DNA from: Tubiluchus corallicola
Taxonomy: Eukaryota > Animalia > Priapulida
Length of the DNA: 64,000 nt
Assembly (NCBI GenBank): GCA_030141605.1
Contig: JAQGDQ010000254.1
Location: 124,001-188,000 of the forward strand
Direction: 5' to 3'
Shown here: positions 1 through 14,970 of the stretch, piece after piece
Position numbering within the stretch: position 1 is the first letter of the stretch
Layout: each line of letters opens with the position of its first letter
Program-made: the position numbers and the translations under genes
Notes under the pieces: model-generated
Told to the model about the DNA's origin: nothing
Databases searched by the model: none
Seen by the model: only the letters and a program-made list of their open reading frames with translations

Positions 1-1170
1 AATGATGATGATGATGATGTCCACGATGACGAATAGTCTGATTAGTCAATAATACACTCGAATCAGGAATTGACGAGTGCTACAGGATCTGCCGGATGAG
101 AAGCGAGTGATGAAGTGCAGGGAAGAAAAGTTATTATAGGGAGACATTATAGAGCACGTGAAGACACATAATTGTCTATCTTTTCGGCTAAAAAGGCTCT
201 ATTTGGCGGGCATGATAACATTAAATCAATGCTAAATGGACAGCACTAATGCACAGTCTAGCAAAACCGTTCAACTGTAATAGGACTAATAGCCTAATTC
301 CTCCGGAGATTATCTTTATTGTGATGGACTAGCAGACTTCCTTTGATTTCTTATTTTTTCTTCTCCTTGTAGTTGCCTTGACTTCCCCTCTTCGTCCTTT
401 ATTCTTTTTGGCATTCTGTACCGCCACTACTCCTTATCTTTCTATTTCCTCCTTCTTCTCATCTTCCCGCTTCTTATCTTATTTTTTGCACGCTGTTCTT
501 CTTCTTTTATGTTTTCCCCACTTTTTTCCTTTTCCTGCTTTTTGTTTCATAAGATCCTCTTTACAGTGCATATAGTCTGAGAGCCCAAGCTCAAAACAAG
601 GCCAGGAAAATGAGTTTCGTTCCCTCAGTCTGGGGACTAGCTTTTACCTATATCAGATAACAGAAGGAACCTAGGTGCTTACTGCCTGGGCGGCATTTCA
701 GTACTGATGAAGCTTAAAAATGTCTTTTAGATCAATATTAATGGCAATAGATACAAATTAACACAAATTTCGGTTTTAATGTGATTTAATGTGTCCGATT
801 TGACATCATTCCAGTTGTCTCTCTTACACCGAACGCCAGATGCTACATTAAACTTCTTTTATCACTATTCCTGTAGAAAATGTTCTCAGAATCTCTAGTC
901 GTTATTTTCTAACGCCGAACAGTTTGTTCGTATTATTCATTTTTGTTGCTTCTCATTGGCTCACACTGAACTTTCCTAAATATAGAACTCTGCTCATAAA
1001 TCCGGTTTTTCTATGGGCTTCTTAGCCGAGGAATTATTTACCACGTTATTATTTACCTGAAAATTCCAATTGCACTCTATTAAAGAACGTCAGCAGATAC
1101 CTTTTGTCACTACCAAATTAGTCATTTGACTTGTATATTCCCAAATTAGCTAGCAACTAGCGATATCTTC

Positions 1171-1350
1171 AATTAATTATGACTGTGATTCCAAAAAAAT
1201 TTTTATAAACCATTGCGGCTTATTTTACCTATTATTATTCAATGAGTTGGACAAAGGAGACACTGAAACCTTTCATGGAGTAATAATTGTTTATAAATTA
1301 ATTTATAAATGGTTTGTAAAAAATTCTGGCAATCACAGTCATAATTAATT
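1171..1350. mobile_element. Small hairpin/MITE with ~43-bp inverted arms
   Basis: AATTAATTATGACTGTGATT...TAAACCATT (1171-1214) versus AATGGTTTGTAAA...AATCACAGTCATAATTAATT (1308-1350); the outer 20 bp are a perfect inverted repeat. Confidence 0.72.
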
Positions 1351-2551
1351 AAGGACTTCTACTGCTTTGAGAATGTTCATATCTGTTGTAGCACCTCACC
1401 ATGCCCGACCTTTGACTTTTAGGGCGATTTTTAAAAAATTGATTTATTCGAGAGTCGATAGTGATTTCTAATGCAGGTAATAATGCGTAATAATTATGTA
1501 CTCACAAGGGCCAGGGCCTAAAATATAACTCTTCATAGTTTCTAATTAAATAAACCATTTCCTATGAAAAGAGGTTCCATTTGGTTTCAAGAAAAACTGT
1601 GCTGTATATAGTATTAGTATACGATACAATAAAGGTTCGTAAACTTTACTTGCAGTCACGTGGTCTATGATTAAAGAAAACTGACCAAAATATTGCTAGA
1701 GATTGGCAGAGTAGTGATTAAAAGAAGACCTCAGAAGATGAGAGTGAAGTGGGATTAAACGAAAGAATTTTATGGCTTCTCTAAAAGGCTGGGAATGATA
1801 AAAGAAGATTATAAAGCCTGGTCCCATAGTACGCACGCGAGTGTGACGACTGTGATGTGGTTGTCAAAGTACAACGACGAAGGAAGCCACAATTTGCTTT
1901 GAAGACAAGTTCTTACAAGAAATTGTCGTAATCGTCTTGTTGAAGATTAGTTCCTTTCGCACTTTCTAATTACAGCCTGGTACGTGCAGTGATTGGGTCC
2001 TAATAAGGGACAAGTCAGTGTGATTCATATTATTAGCTATTAACTAATAGATATTAATCATAGATATGTCAATAGGTTGGACGAACGGTGTATAAAACAT
2101 ATTGATGATCATCGGCGATGATGTTAGTATTGATGCATGTTATATTGGATGATTATAGATATAATAACACGATGATAATGAAATGATGATGATGATGATG
2201 ATGATGATGACAACGACGACGACGACGGCAACGATGATGACGACGAGGTGGTGGTGGTGGTGGTGATCATACAGTGAAGTCAACAATGACTTTAGATGTC
2301 GAAAGAGAAGGCACTATAACTAAATTAGTGACATCCAGAACCATCCAGAATCCAGTGACATTAACAATGTTCATGACATGACCTAATTCCAAAAATGCCA
2401 ATCTAGATGGACTATTGATTTTCTTTGACAACATGTTCTTTAATTAAACCAATTCTTGGTAATAATTAATCACTTCGTCAATAAGCTTGATTCAGAATTC
2501 AGGAACATGAAAACGCCTCTACTGGTTATATTTAACTGGCTTTAGCGATTA

Positions 2552-2672
<121 letters not shown>

Positions 2673-3507
2673 AGCAAAGGACTGCTTTCCTCTGCACCGC
2701 TTATATTTAACCGCCCCCTAGTGACGCCAGATGACCTAGAGAAGCCATGTTTTTCTTCCCTGGCGATTGACTCCAATGTATACATGTATGCGCGCGTCCG
2801 TGGTTTCACTTGACAATTCGCTCTCACTTTCCGTTCACTGACTCTCTTCCTGCTGCTGCTGCTGAAACGATCGAGTCAACGACCTGGGCACTTGCAAATC
2901 AATACACGCCACGACTGTGTCCTCCCAACGATGATGACAGCATAACTGAAACTGCGTAGTTTATAATAATGCGCAGTTGTAATATTTTCCAGAAAAGAAA
3001 TCGTGCCTGGCTGATTTGCATGCCAAGTACGTCAGGAATCGCTGTTATTAACTCAATGAACAAACAATGGGGCTGAACAACAATTAGATTGTTAGTTCAT
3101 TTTTCAGAGCTTGAACAACAAGCTAACTTTAACAATACTTTAAAATGCACAGACACAATTGAATTGTCACTTGTAAGACAGGACGTAAACATGAAAACTT
3201 GAATCATTAACAATGCCAGGCTAGATTCTTCAAACCTAGCTCTTCTCTGTTTTTAAGCACATTAATGGTGACTGCATCTGGGCGTCCGAGGGTTATGCTT
3301 TAGGGGTAAATTTAACGTGTGCTGACATTTCGACGACAGTTTACAGCATTAAATTCGCATACAACAGAGAAACAAGTTGGGCGACAATGATAGGATGTCA
3401 CCTGTCACCTGGCAAAGTCACGTTTTTGAACTGTGACTGGATTCTCTGAGTCTCAGAATTAATTATTATTGCAAGTATAGTTACGTTTTAACATCTGCAT
3501 GTATTTC

Positions 3508-3740
3508 CAACAACAGCAGCAACAACAACGAGAATAACGCTGTAGCAACAACTGTTAACAACAACAACAACAACAACAACAGTAGCAAGAGCAACAACAG
3601 CAGCAGTACAGCTCAAGCAACAACGACAACAACATCAACACCAGTAGAAGCAGTAACAACTGCAAATTGAGAATAAATTAGATTTATTATTATAAAATAA
3701 AACAACAACAATAATAATGACGACGACGACAACAGCAACA

Positions 3741-3772
<32 letters not shown>

Positions 3773-3845
3773 AGAAGCAGCAACAGCACCACCAACAGCA
3801 CATGAATGATGTTAATGACAACGGCGACAACAAAAACAGCAACAG
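3508..3845. repeat. Degenerate (CAA/CAG)n trinucleotide region
   Basis: Directly visible. Confidence 0.9.
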
Positions 3846-5059
3846 TGTTTGACTAGTAGCATGAAATCAGTGCGTTCTTCGTGTAAAGTCTATCTGGTTG
3901 TACTTCTTTAATTTTAGCAGCCAAGCAGCCATAATTAGCCAACCAAAAGGCATGTAGAATGCGCAGGATGCCACCAGCTCTTATTTATCTATGTTTACAA
4001 TTAAGTCGTTTCCTGTTGGCTGCTGCAGCTCTCCAGGAACGGGATTGGAAATAAAGGCATTTGGAGCTAATTCCCCGCAGCGAGAAGGCCCAAGCTTGAC
4101 CTTAATGTGTGAAAGTCAGTAATAAGACTACAGAGAAAAGTTGCAGCCGCAATAAATTTCACAAATCTTATTTAGAAATTGCCTTGTCGCCAAGCTTCGA
4201 GTTTGTTTAGAATTGGGTTATTTTTCTATTGACTTTATTGCAAGTTTATCATGCGGTGTTTTCTCTATTTCTATGTGCCCGTTTGCTATGATTGCAACAG
4301 TAAATTTAGGGGCATCTCTGTAGGAAAGGCGTGCTAAGCTTAATGTTCATAACTGATACAAATTCATGGTAAAATTTTGATATGTTTACTTATACTCATA
4401 TTCACATTAAATTCAATTCAATTCAGTTCAAGTCACTTCAATAATTTTTTTGTGAAAAATGTGAAAAATAAATAGACTTTGTGGGCAGTTTAACTTCTTT
4501 TCAATAATATTTTCTTTGGCTGATTTGCCCCACACAAAATTCAAACTATGTACAGGTACGATTGATAAATTAAACAAATCAGTCTCGAGGAGAGTGGAAG
4601 CGGGAGCTTTCAAGATTCACCCCGAGACGACGCAAATACATGGTGTAGACAGAAGAATCTATACAAAACATTTCACAGTTAAGGCACCATTAAATTATAA
4701 AACAGTTAATTGCAACAAAACAAACAAATGTAATTAGGAATACTTAAAAACGCCAAGTATACTTAAAAAACGCCAAAGAGAAACGAACTAGTGAATAAGA
4801 CAAAAATCACAATTACTCTCTATTAATGTTTTTTATGTACTTCATATCGATATGATTCACTAAATGTTTATAAATAATCTAAAAGTGGCTATACTTAAAA
4901 ACAACAGCCACCCTACTGATAAAGGAGGCATAAATCGTAACAGTAACTATTTATTACCGAAACTGCGATAACCCCCTCCCTTCTCAAAAATCTAACAATA
5001 TCTCAGATTAAACAAAGGGTTTTATTTGTGTTATGACTTATTAATAAAAAACAATAGAA

Positions 5060-5271
5060 AAACACTGACGTGACGAAGTGTGCTGAAAAAATGTTTCATA
5101 ATAAATCTGGGCTTCTGCAACTTCTGTAAAAATAGTATTATATTTGCATAATTTCATTTGTTATTGCAATAACTTAGTATGACCACGCTATTTTTATGAT
5201 GCTTATTGAGTTATTGGTATGCTGTGCTTATGACATTTGTTAATGTACTGTTTCTTTTGGAACACCCTGTA
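5060..5271. mobile_element. MITE family B copy, right end (left boundary uncertain)
   Basis: Ends ACTGTTTCTTTTGGAACACCCTG-TA; contains TATATTTGCATAATT as in the 10373 copy. Confidence 0.62.
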
Positions 5272-7118
5272 GGACTCAGACACTTTATTTCCTTCGTTAA
5301 CAAGCAAGATAATATCATATTTAACAATTAAGTCATGTTCTTAAAGTGGTAAGCTGTAAATGTACAACGGCAACTTCATGTTTGTTTTTTCTCGAAGACA
5401 GTAAAATCATAATTTAATAAATGAAGGTGAATGGCAGCTACACCTAGAAAAGCACTATATAAGCTAACACCTGAAATCGAAACCGCGCACAAGGAAGTAA
5501 AACATTTTTTGCTAAAATCAGCAGCTAAATATAAGTATGTTGTCATGCACCACGTGGGTTTATAGCCAGCTTATTTTGCAAGTAACCTTGCGGATAAATA
5601 AACACTGTTAGTCATTGGGGAGCACCTCTATTGCAAGCGGTGATGCAAGTCTGCGTAGAATTTTGCATGACCTGGACATCAAGGGTTTGCGTCAGGCCGA
5701 TCCCCGAGCGCTGATTACGGAGACCGATTAGTAATGTTTCCGAGTGAGCCTTTCAGCAATATTTACGGAAAATACCGAACTTAATGTTAATACCAAATTT
5801 AGTTACGAGAATAGTCAGTATAATTGTCTAAAAATATCAGAAATATTATGGTAATCTATAGAAAACGCATCCTTACTGCTGAACAAGTTTAGCTTGGACT
5901 TTCAACCTGTGCAAATTTAGCAAATGATACAACTATGCTAAAACGCAATTCGCAACACGCAATTTGCTCATAAACCATTTTTTCTTGAGTTATTTTTGAC
6001 CTTTTTCATGTTATAATTCACTGATCTTGATTGCTTGCCAGCAATTTGTTGTTTCAAAATTCCACATGAAATTTTATGGGTAGTTTAGAGTAATTATATA
6101 TTTCTCCACGGTTTTACTGATTGTTTTTATGATAGCAAATTTTCGGTAATATAGCTTAAAGCGGTTATAAATTCTTTGATGTTTTTGCTTATCACAATTA
6201 GGGTATTTTAAATGATTCGCCCTTCTTTAAACTTATAAACGAAATGACCTTACTGTTACTGACTTTTCGATACACTCAGAAATCAAAATGTAACTGCATA
6301 ATTTATCTCGGTTTGAAGGCAAAAATCTTTTTGCACGCAAAACTAGCCGTCCGCGGCGAGCGTAATATAGATTTATTAAATTAGTAAAATACAAAAATAC
6401 GCACAAATACTTAAACTGCACTAACAGTAGTAACTTAGACGATATATTTATGATTTTGAAGCAGACGAGAGAGCGAGAGAGAGGGGGAAGATAAATAAAG
6501 AAAAAAGAAGGAGAGAAAGAAGAAAGGGAAGAAAGCGCGAAAGGAAAAAGGAGAAAGGAAGAAGAAAGAATAAAAGAAAGGAAGGAATACGCTCAGTAAG
6601 TATTTGGGGGATACACACTTCTCTGCTCACGCCTATTGCATGCCTGGTACAGATTCAATTTACATCTTATTAGCCCAAATAATTATCATCCGTAATTAAT
6701 GCTAGCTTGTTCATATAAGTGGACAATATTGGCTACCAACCAGGGCAATGACGTTATAGTGTGGCTTCTTCTTGGAATCAATTATTACAGAGAAGAAGAA
6801 TGATAACACAGAGCATTTCTAGAAGTTCATGCAAGTAGCAACTTAAGCGGTGTATTGAACCCCCAACATTAAGAAATTATCTCGAACTTAATCTGCTTCT
6901 CTGATTCCGAGAAATTCGACTCACATTATGTATTATTGACCGTTTCGGTGCTTATTGACGAAACTCTCAGTGCTTTGCATACTATGACAAGTGCATGGAA
7001 AAATATGTCATGGAACTCACAATCTTTTGCAAACTTTGAATATTGTATGCAGAAACATATCGTATTAACTCATAGCGCTTTGCAAACTGCGACAAATTCA
7101 TGGAAAATATGTCAAGTA

Positions 7119-7385
<267 letters not shown>

Positions 7386-8812
7386 TGCGCACCAAACTGG
7401 TTCTGAAAACGTTAGCTCTTACTGACAACGATAAACGAAAACTATTTCAATAGGTGACCCAGCAAACGTAGGCATTTCATGAAGCAAATGCTCGCAAGTG
7501 GCAACAACAAAAGAGTTTCTTAAGCATTGCAAAAATTTTGACAGCCACACTGAAAGTTCAAATAATGTGCCAGTGCATATCATGCAGTATAAAAAATCAG
7601 AGATTGATTATATTATTTTACGTCTATGATCAATAAACGTTTCTAAAATTTAGTTGTTGCGCTAAAATTGCCGATTACACTCCGGCAATGAAAAGTAGAA
7701 GCTTTAGCGTTTAGCATATTGCTAGACCAAGAAAATTTTAAGGATTTTGTGTTTAAATAAAAAATTATTCTGAATGCAACCTTGGTACACACAAACTGTT
7801 AAATATTTGATATTTCATGCCCTATTGCAGATCAAGAAAACAATTATAATTAGACATTTATTTCAAACGATGATATTAATCTCGTTTCACTGATAGTAAA
7901 AATTTAGTGAAAGGTGATTTTATTATAGGCCTGTTTAAAACAACAACTGAGTGTATTTAATTGATTTTTGGCTCGATATTTATGCATCGTCGAAATAGTT
8001 TTGTACATAAACTGCTTTTCATGGTTGTAAACCATCCACTTGCAAATAGAAGGGATCTGCGAATATGTAAATATTTATTTTCAATAAAGAGTTGTAATAA
8101 TAAGAAATCTCTCTGTATGTATCTCTCTCTCCTTTTCCCTTTCTCCCCCATATCCTTCGTTCTCGATCTCTCGTCCTATTGCTAATCTAAGATCTCCGCC
8201 GCCAATGAGCTACTACCAGCGGGTTTATTTCTCCTAGTCTGTGACGCCAATGGATTAAGACTGTTACACATAGAAAATGACTAATGGAACGGCTGACGAG
8301 AATTGACTAATGACAACCCGGCTTTCAAGAAATCAGGCAAGCGAATATTACATGCATTAGACTAAAAACGCGAACAAGAACTATTTTTTATTTCTCTGTA
8401 TTTAGAATAACCCAGTAGTAAGTCACTAACTTTATGTAAACCAACTAAACCAATTACAAGCAGGCGCAGAGTTGTATAATACATGTACAAAAAGCTAGCT
8501 GCTTTGAATATTCTGACTGAATAGTGTTTCTGGCTTTTTTTTGCAACGAAATGTTTTCTTTTTCCCACTGTCTTGCCCACAAGCTTACACCAACTAATCA
8601 TTACTTTTTCAACTGGTCTCACCTTTGCTTTCATCCTACATCTGCCTGAATTCACATTTTTTCCAAACTAACCTATGTGAATTTTGCTTTCCTGTCACCT
8701 TTTATTTCGTTTATTGTTCACTATTATTGCCTTACTGCCTTTCAGATTCAGAAAATTCTCTGAAATCCTACACACCATATAACCTTATATTGTGTGTAAC
8801 ATCTACTAATGT

Positions 8813-9617
<805 letters not shown>

Positions 9618-10259
9618 TCGCGTGTGACGTGATTTCAGAGAAAATGTCACCCCACCTCACATCATGTCACCTCATAACACACACACTAACTGACAGTTTC
9701 ACCTCACTTCATCTTAGATGACCTCACACATATCTTACTCATAATTAGTCGTAATCACCCAGCAGCGCCTCTATTGCAATTAGGCGGAACTTCACAAAAA
9801 ACTTTCAATGCTTGTCGGTTCAACATGTTGGATTATTTTATTATGGCTGTCATATGGAACAGGTGTTTTACATTTTCTTGCTGCTGAACCCATTTCTCTT
9901 CAAATTATCCATGCATCCTGTTCTGATATTCCCGCCCGAAACAGCCAAAGATTTATATATACTGGGGACTGGTTGCAGTTCAAGGCTGGTCAATATTAAC
10001 CCCTCTGTTTACCACATATGGGACCCGATAAAGACCCGCTGTTGTTTAGAACAAAAATAATGTTGTGAGTATATAAATATGTTTCGAAATAGTATTGCTA
10101 CATAATTATATTGTAGCATTGTGTAACTAATTTTCTAAGTAATTCTTAATGACTTAAAAAACTTTAATTTTGAATACAAAAACTTAAAAACTTTTGAGGC
10201 GATGCATAGTGGTACATGTTATACAATATTAATGCCTAGGTGTGCATTAAATACTAATA

Positions 10260-10482
10260 TTACACATATAAAGGGTGTTATAGTATATCCTAAAATATAC
10301 TTATCAAGTCGCAAAGAATATTACCGTGAATTTTTACATTATGATATCATGATGACGTAAAAGAACATTTATATTTGCATAATTCTAATTTTCCTACTTT
10401 GTAACTAGGTTTTGTACATTCTAATAAGCATTGCCACATGTTCACATATTTCTGTCGCACTGCTTTTCTGGAACACCCTGTG
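10260..10482. mobile_element. MITE family B copy, right end (left boundary uncertain)
   Basis: Ends CACTGCTTTTCTGGAACACCCTGT. Internal TTTGCATAATTC...TGTACATT is similar to the reverse complement of 38905-39000. Confidence 0.65.
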
Positions 10483-11244
10483 CATAAATGGACATTATAC
10501 GAGCTTGTCCGACTGGCTAAATAAAAATTTGCACTCTTTCCAGATAACAGCTGAGTGTAACAGCAGAAAACGCCTAATATTGGTGCAAAACCTGGGCATA
10601 CACATCTACTGATGATATCTCAGATTCTCAAGTGATAATCTAAAGCGAAGCGTCATAATGGCGCTGCATTTCACATAAAATCAGCTCTGGGGAAAAAACT
10701 AGAAACGTACAGTGTAGTTGGTATGATGTAGCTGACATGGTGAGAGTGAAGAGAGCTCTTGTAACTTCGAACTGTGATTTGGGCTGCAAAATACTAAATA
10801 ACATATACTTAGATTTTTATTTACAGCTTGTACTACATATATGCGCTAGATATCCTCCTATCCCTGCCTTCTCTTCTCTTGTTCTTTAAACTGCTTAAAT
10901 CAACTGTACTTTGAACTTGCGACTGTATTTTATAGAAATTCGCAGAACTCTGACCCCCATAAATGACCCCTGCTCAACAGTCTACACTGTAGACAGTATT
11001 TAACAGATAAAAAACTTGATTGAATTTATTTCATCAACCTAAATGCAAATTCTTTCTTGCTTCTAACATGAGTAATACAACTTGCAGCTCAGACATATTT
11101 GCTTTTTGCCTCAGTTCAAGGGCGGACATTGGGGTTTTGTCGACAGACGATGTTATTAGAACTTGTCCTTACGTAAACACCTTTCCCATTCACCTTACTG
11201 AGCGACACAGTGTCATGCCTGCGCATTAAGTTACCGAAACACAG

Positions 11245-11650
11245 TGGATGGTGATGATGATGTGAAAGTTGTTCGTGCTGAAGGCGACAGCAACGGTGAC
11301 GACGGTGATGATTATGATGAAAATAGCGGTGATAGCGGTAATGTTGACAAAGATGACAATAATGTTGATGGTCACAATAATGCTGATAATGATGACTTTA
11401 ATGACAATGGTGATGATGATGATGATGATGATGATGATGACGACGATGATGATGATGATGACAACAGTAGTTACACAATGGAAAGACAGCTATAACTCTA
11501 ATGATTAATGGTTTTTTGTTCTTGTTGTTGTTTATTTCTGTTGTTTATGATGATGACAAAGGTGATGATGACGATGGTGACGATGATGATGATGATGGCG
11601 ATGACGACGACGACGACGTTGATGAGATGATGATAAAGATGGCGACGAAA
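11245..11650. repeat. Degenerate (GAT/GAC)n region
   Basis: Directly visible; gives poly-Asp and poly-Met pseudo-ORFs. Similar tracts occur at 1-30 and 2170-2270. Confidence 0.9.
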
Positions 11651-14360
11651 CTTAATAATTAGTTAATGTTTGGTAATTAAATAATCATTAATAACTAATT
11701 AATAATTTGTTTTTTATTTAAGAGTTTAATTGATAACACCGCCTTAACTGAAACTTCTGCCCATTCAAAAGTAAATTTAGCCTTTTCCTTTGGTTTGGCC
11801 ATGCATAAAACTCAATGTAGAAGCTGATGAGGATGTTGTACAATGCACACAGCTGTTTGCCCTCTCACAGGACTTGCTTCTGTTGACTTTTTAAACCGGC
11901 GAATATCAAACAGGCAAGACTGTGGGCCTTTATTGGCTTCAGGATATGTGTGGAACACGTTGGCAACGTATTTGTTATTGAAATTATGCCAGATACATAA
12001 ATAAATGCGATCCTCGACTGATTTAGAGGCGCATTCGTAAACAGAATGATAACCGCGGCGGAGGAGAGTTCGAGGCCCGGTAAAGGGGAACGTTCGTGCC
12101 AAGAATAGCGACGCTTAGCAAACAAGCAATTACTGAAAAGTGAATTGATTTGGCTGGCTTGGATTCCCAAGTGATCTCAGCAAGGATTGCTCGCTGCGTT
12201 CTCTCTGGAGCATCGTCTCATGTCATGCGCAGTTCACGAGCATCGCAGGTCTCTCTCCCTCTCTCTCTAAAAATTCGAGTAAAATAACTGCGTGTTTTTC
12301 GCTCTCGGTGCTAGGAAATTGAAGTCGGCGTATTAGCCTAGCTGGTAATTTGTCTGTTTGGCTCATAAAAGCGCAGGTTTCGTGTTCAGTGAAGCGTTTC
12401 TCTGAAAAAATTGTTTGAAGCCACGGGGCGCATAGTACTAAGAATTGCTCACAATATACAATGGTAAACGTTATTGCAATGCAATATTACCACTTGTTGT
12501 TGTTAATATTGTTTCATATAACTGTAAGTGAACCGGAAGTAAGTAAGTCAAGTGTTCTGTCTGTCTTTCCTGAAAATGTTTAAATTACAGGCACTCTTGC
12601 GTAAGTTATGCTTGCTGCGAAAAGTGAACGTAATTACAGAAAAGCACAGGCTTTAGAATTCTGAACGTTTTGCGTCGTTTACAATAATTGCAATGATTTT
12701 TGTGCGACAACTATTGCTGTTTTTTCATGCATTTATTACCAAAGATAAATTTGAGTGTTAAACGGATAATACAACTGCTTACCAGTATAAGAAGCACTAT
12801 ACAGTTTCTAAATAACAACAGCAGCTAAGTGAGCTCCGGACAAATATAACCAACGAAAACATACTTGGTTCCACATAGCTCATGTATATGACACTAAAAT
12901 TTACGTAAAAATACCATACACATATGTTTCCAGGTAACTGGTGTTTTATTAAGGTTCTTTAAAGATGGAACAAAATCAAGCTTATTAAATTGTTTTGAAA
13001 TCAAGCTTAACTAACCGCGAAGAAATTTGAAAGGCTGTATTAAGTTTCAAATGCCGTACGAGTTTTAAACAACTTTCTATATGCAGATTACTTTTTATTT
13101 AACTTTTATTTTTATTTAAATAAGCAGTTTTATGACTTATATTGCATGTTTGTTGCTCAAGTTTATTTTTGTGTGAGTGTGACTGTTTTTATAATGTAGT
13201 TGTTTTTTTTATTGATTATCGTCGTCACTATCATCACCATCACCATCGACATCATCGTCATCATCATTTTCTCTAAGCTTAATTCATGTCTGAGTCTAAT
13301 TTTCAAGGCTAGTTGTTACTGGCTCACTTAATTACCAAGTCTTGTAATCAAAACTGTAATAGCAAATAAAAATAAAAACTCTTTAAAACGGGTTGTACAA
13401 ACATCACAATCGTATGTTCTTACTATCCTTAATGCTGGTTCGGATCTCTGCCTTTTCCTTATCCAACTTCAGTTCCTGATGTATCACTTATCAATGTTTT
13501 GCCAAGCAGGATATAAAACACGAACGTTTTCTACTTTGACACTGCTTGAACTTGCTTCAGTTGGTAGTTAGCGGCGGCTGCCTTTGTATTGCGGATTCTA
13601 TGTTTATGATTATCATATACCGCCCATGTAATAATAATCATTTGCCTCTAAAAATCTTTACAAGTCTAAAGGGGCAGCAAAACGGTACAAGGTCTTCCGC
13701 AAAACTGCACTATAACCATTAAATTTTGAAGCCAAGTTCAATGATTTTGATTTTAAAGGCGGAACTGGGTGAGATGGCTTCTTCTGACTGAGCTTATAAC
13801 ATAAGTGGGTTCACAGCTGGAATAACAGAGAGGCGAAGATGTTTTGTTTACCAACAACTTTCCACTCCTCTGCTCGTCCCAACTGTCCCATATCAGTATT
13901 AGTTTAGCATGAGAACTTCGTATTTTCTCAAAATTCATGTTTCTAATTTGACCTAATTTATGTTTTTGTTCACGCTGGGCATTTTGTTTTCATTATTATA
14001 TTATGTTTATCAGGTTTAGATTGGCTAGAGAACTTCGTATCTTCTCAAAGAACTTCTATCTAGCCATAATTTATATTTTCTTATACAGGAAAGCCATTTC
14101 ACATACATACTCATTGTTACTTATATTGAGGCCAGATGAGTGACAATCTATTTTAAACATTAGTCATTAAACTCTTCATTTAAATAACTAAAATAACTAA
14201 CAGGAAGATTTTACAATATTTGTTTCATCAGTAATTGTTTTGTTTGTCTGCAGTGTCACTATATTTCAAAATTGAAATTGTATGTATGTTTCGTTTTTTC
14301 TTGCATTGCATGTATTTTTGGCACTAATAAATATGAAATATTTCTCTGTTTTTCTTTTTA

Positions 14361-14598
14361 TACAGGGTGTTCCAAAAACAAAACGGTTTAGAAAAAATAT
14401 GACAAATTGACAAAATAAATATGGATTTTATGTGTTATTACATCATAATGACGTTAGAAAAATTATATTTTTGCGTAGTTATTCCTACCATATAACTTAC
14501 TATTGGACTAATGGTCTTACACTTATTGGACTCTGTATGTAGTGGAGTATTAGCATACTTATAGCATTTGTTAGTGTGTTTCTTTTGGACTCTCCTAA
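14361..14598. mobile_element. MITE family B copy
   Basis: Begins TACAGGGTGTTCCAAAAA and ends in a degenerate TTTCTTTTGGAC. Internal CATAATGACGT...ATTATATTTTTGC is similar to the copy at ~10340-10380. Confidence 0.65.
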
Positions 14599-14639
14599 GT
14601 CATTACCTAGTTTGTTTAACAAATTGTTTGTTGATGGTA

Positions 14640-14970
14640 CAGTTCGCCGGTTGTATTTTACGCCTGCAAAATACCTCGTAATTACCTTATCCTTTCTAAC
14701 TGACGAAGTGCACCGCTTGCGAAATGAAAAATTTGCTAAGTAGAAAGGTAATAATTCTCAGAATATAGCAGAGAAATTTTACTGCGAAATGAACCATTGA
14801 CGAACTGTAGCACTGCTGAACTGACACATTTCGCTAAATGAATAAGGTGATAAAATACCAGAGAAATTTTACTGGCGAAAGATTCCACTAGCGGAATCTG
14901 TACTGGTGAAATGCGACACCGGCGATGTGTACCCCTGGCGAAATGTTCCACTGGTGAAGGGCAGACATCC
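14640..14970. repeat. Decayed foldback/minisatellite element with ~16-bp units (CACTGGCGAAATGT)
   Basis: About 6 tandem degenerate units at 14870-14960. AGAGAAATTTTACTG(G)CGAAA is repeated at 14769 and 14860. TTCGCC-type inverse units occur near 14642. Confidence 0.55.

Noticed and set aside
1812-1990. Harbinger-like terminus TAAAGCCTGGTCCCATAG
   Set aside because: No matching opposite TIR was found and there is no second copy in the window.
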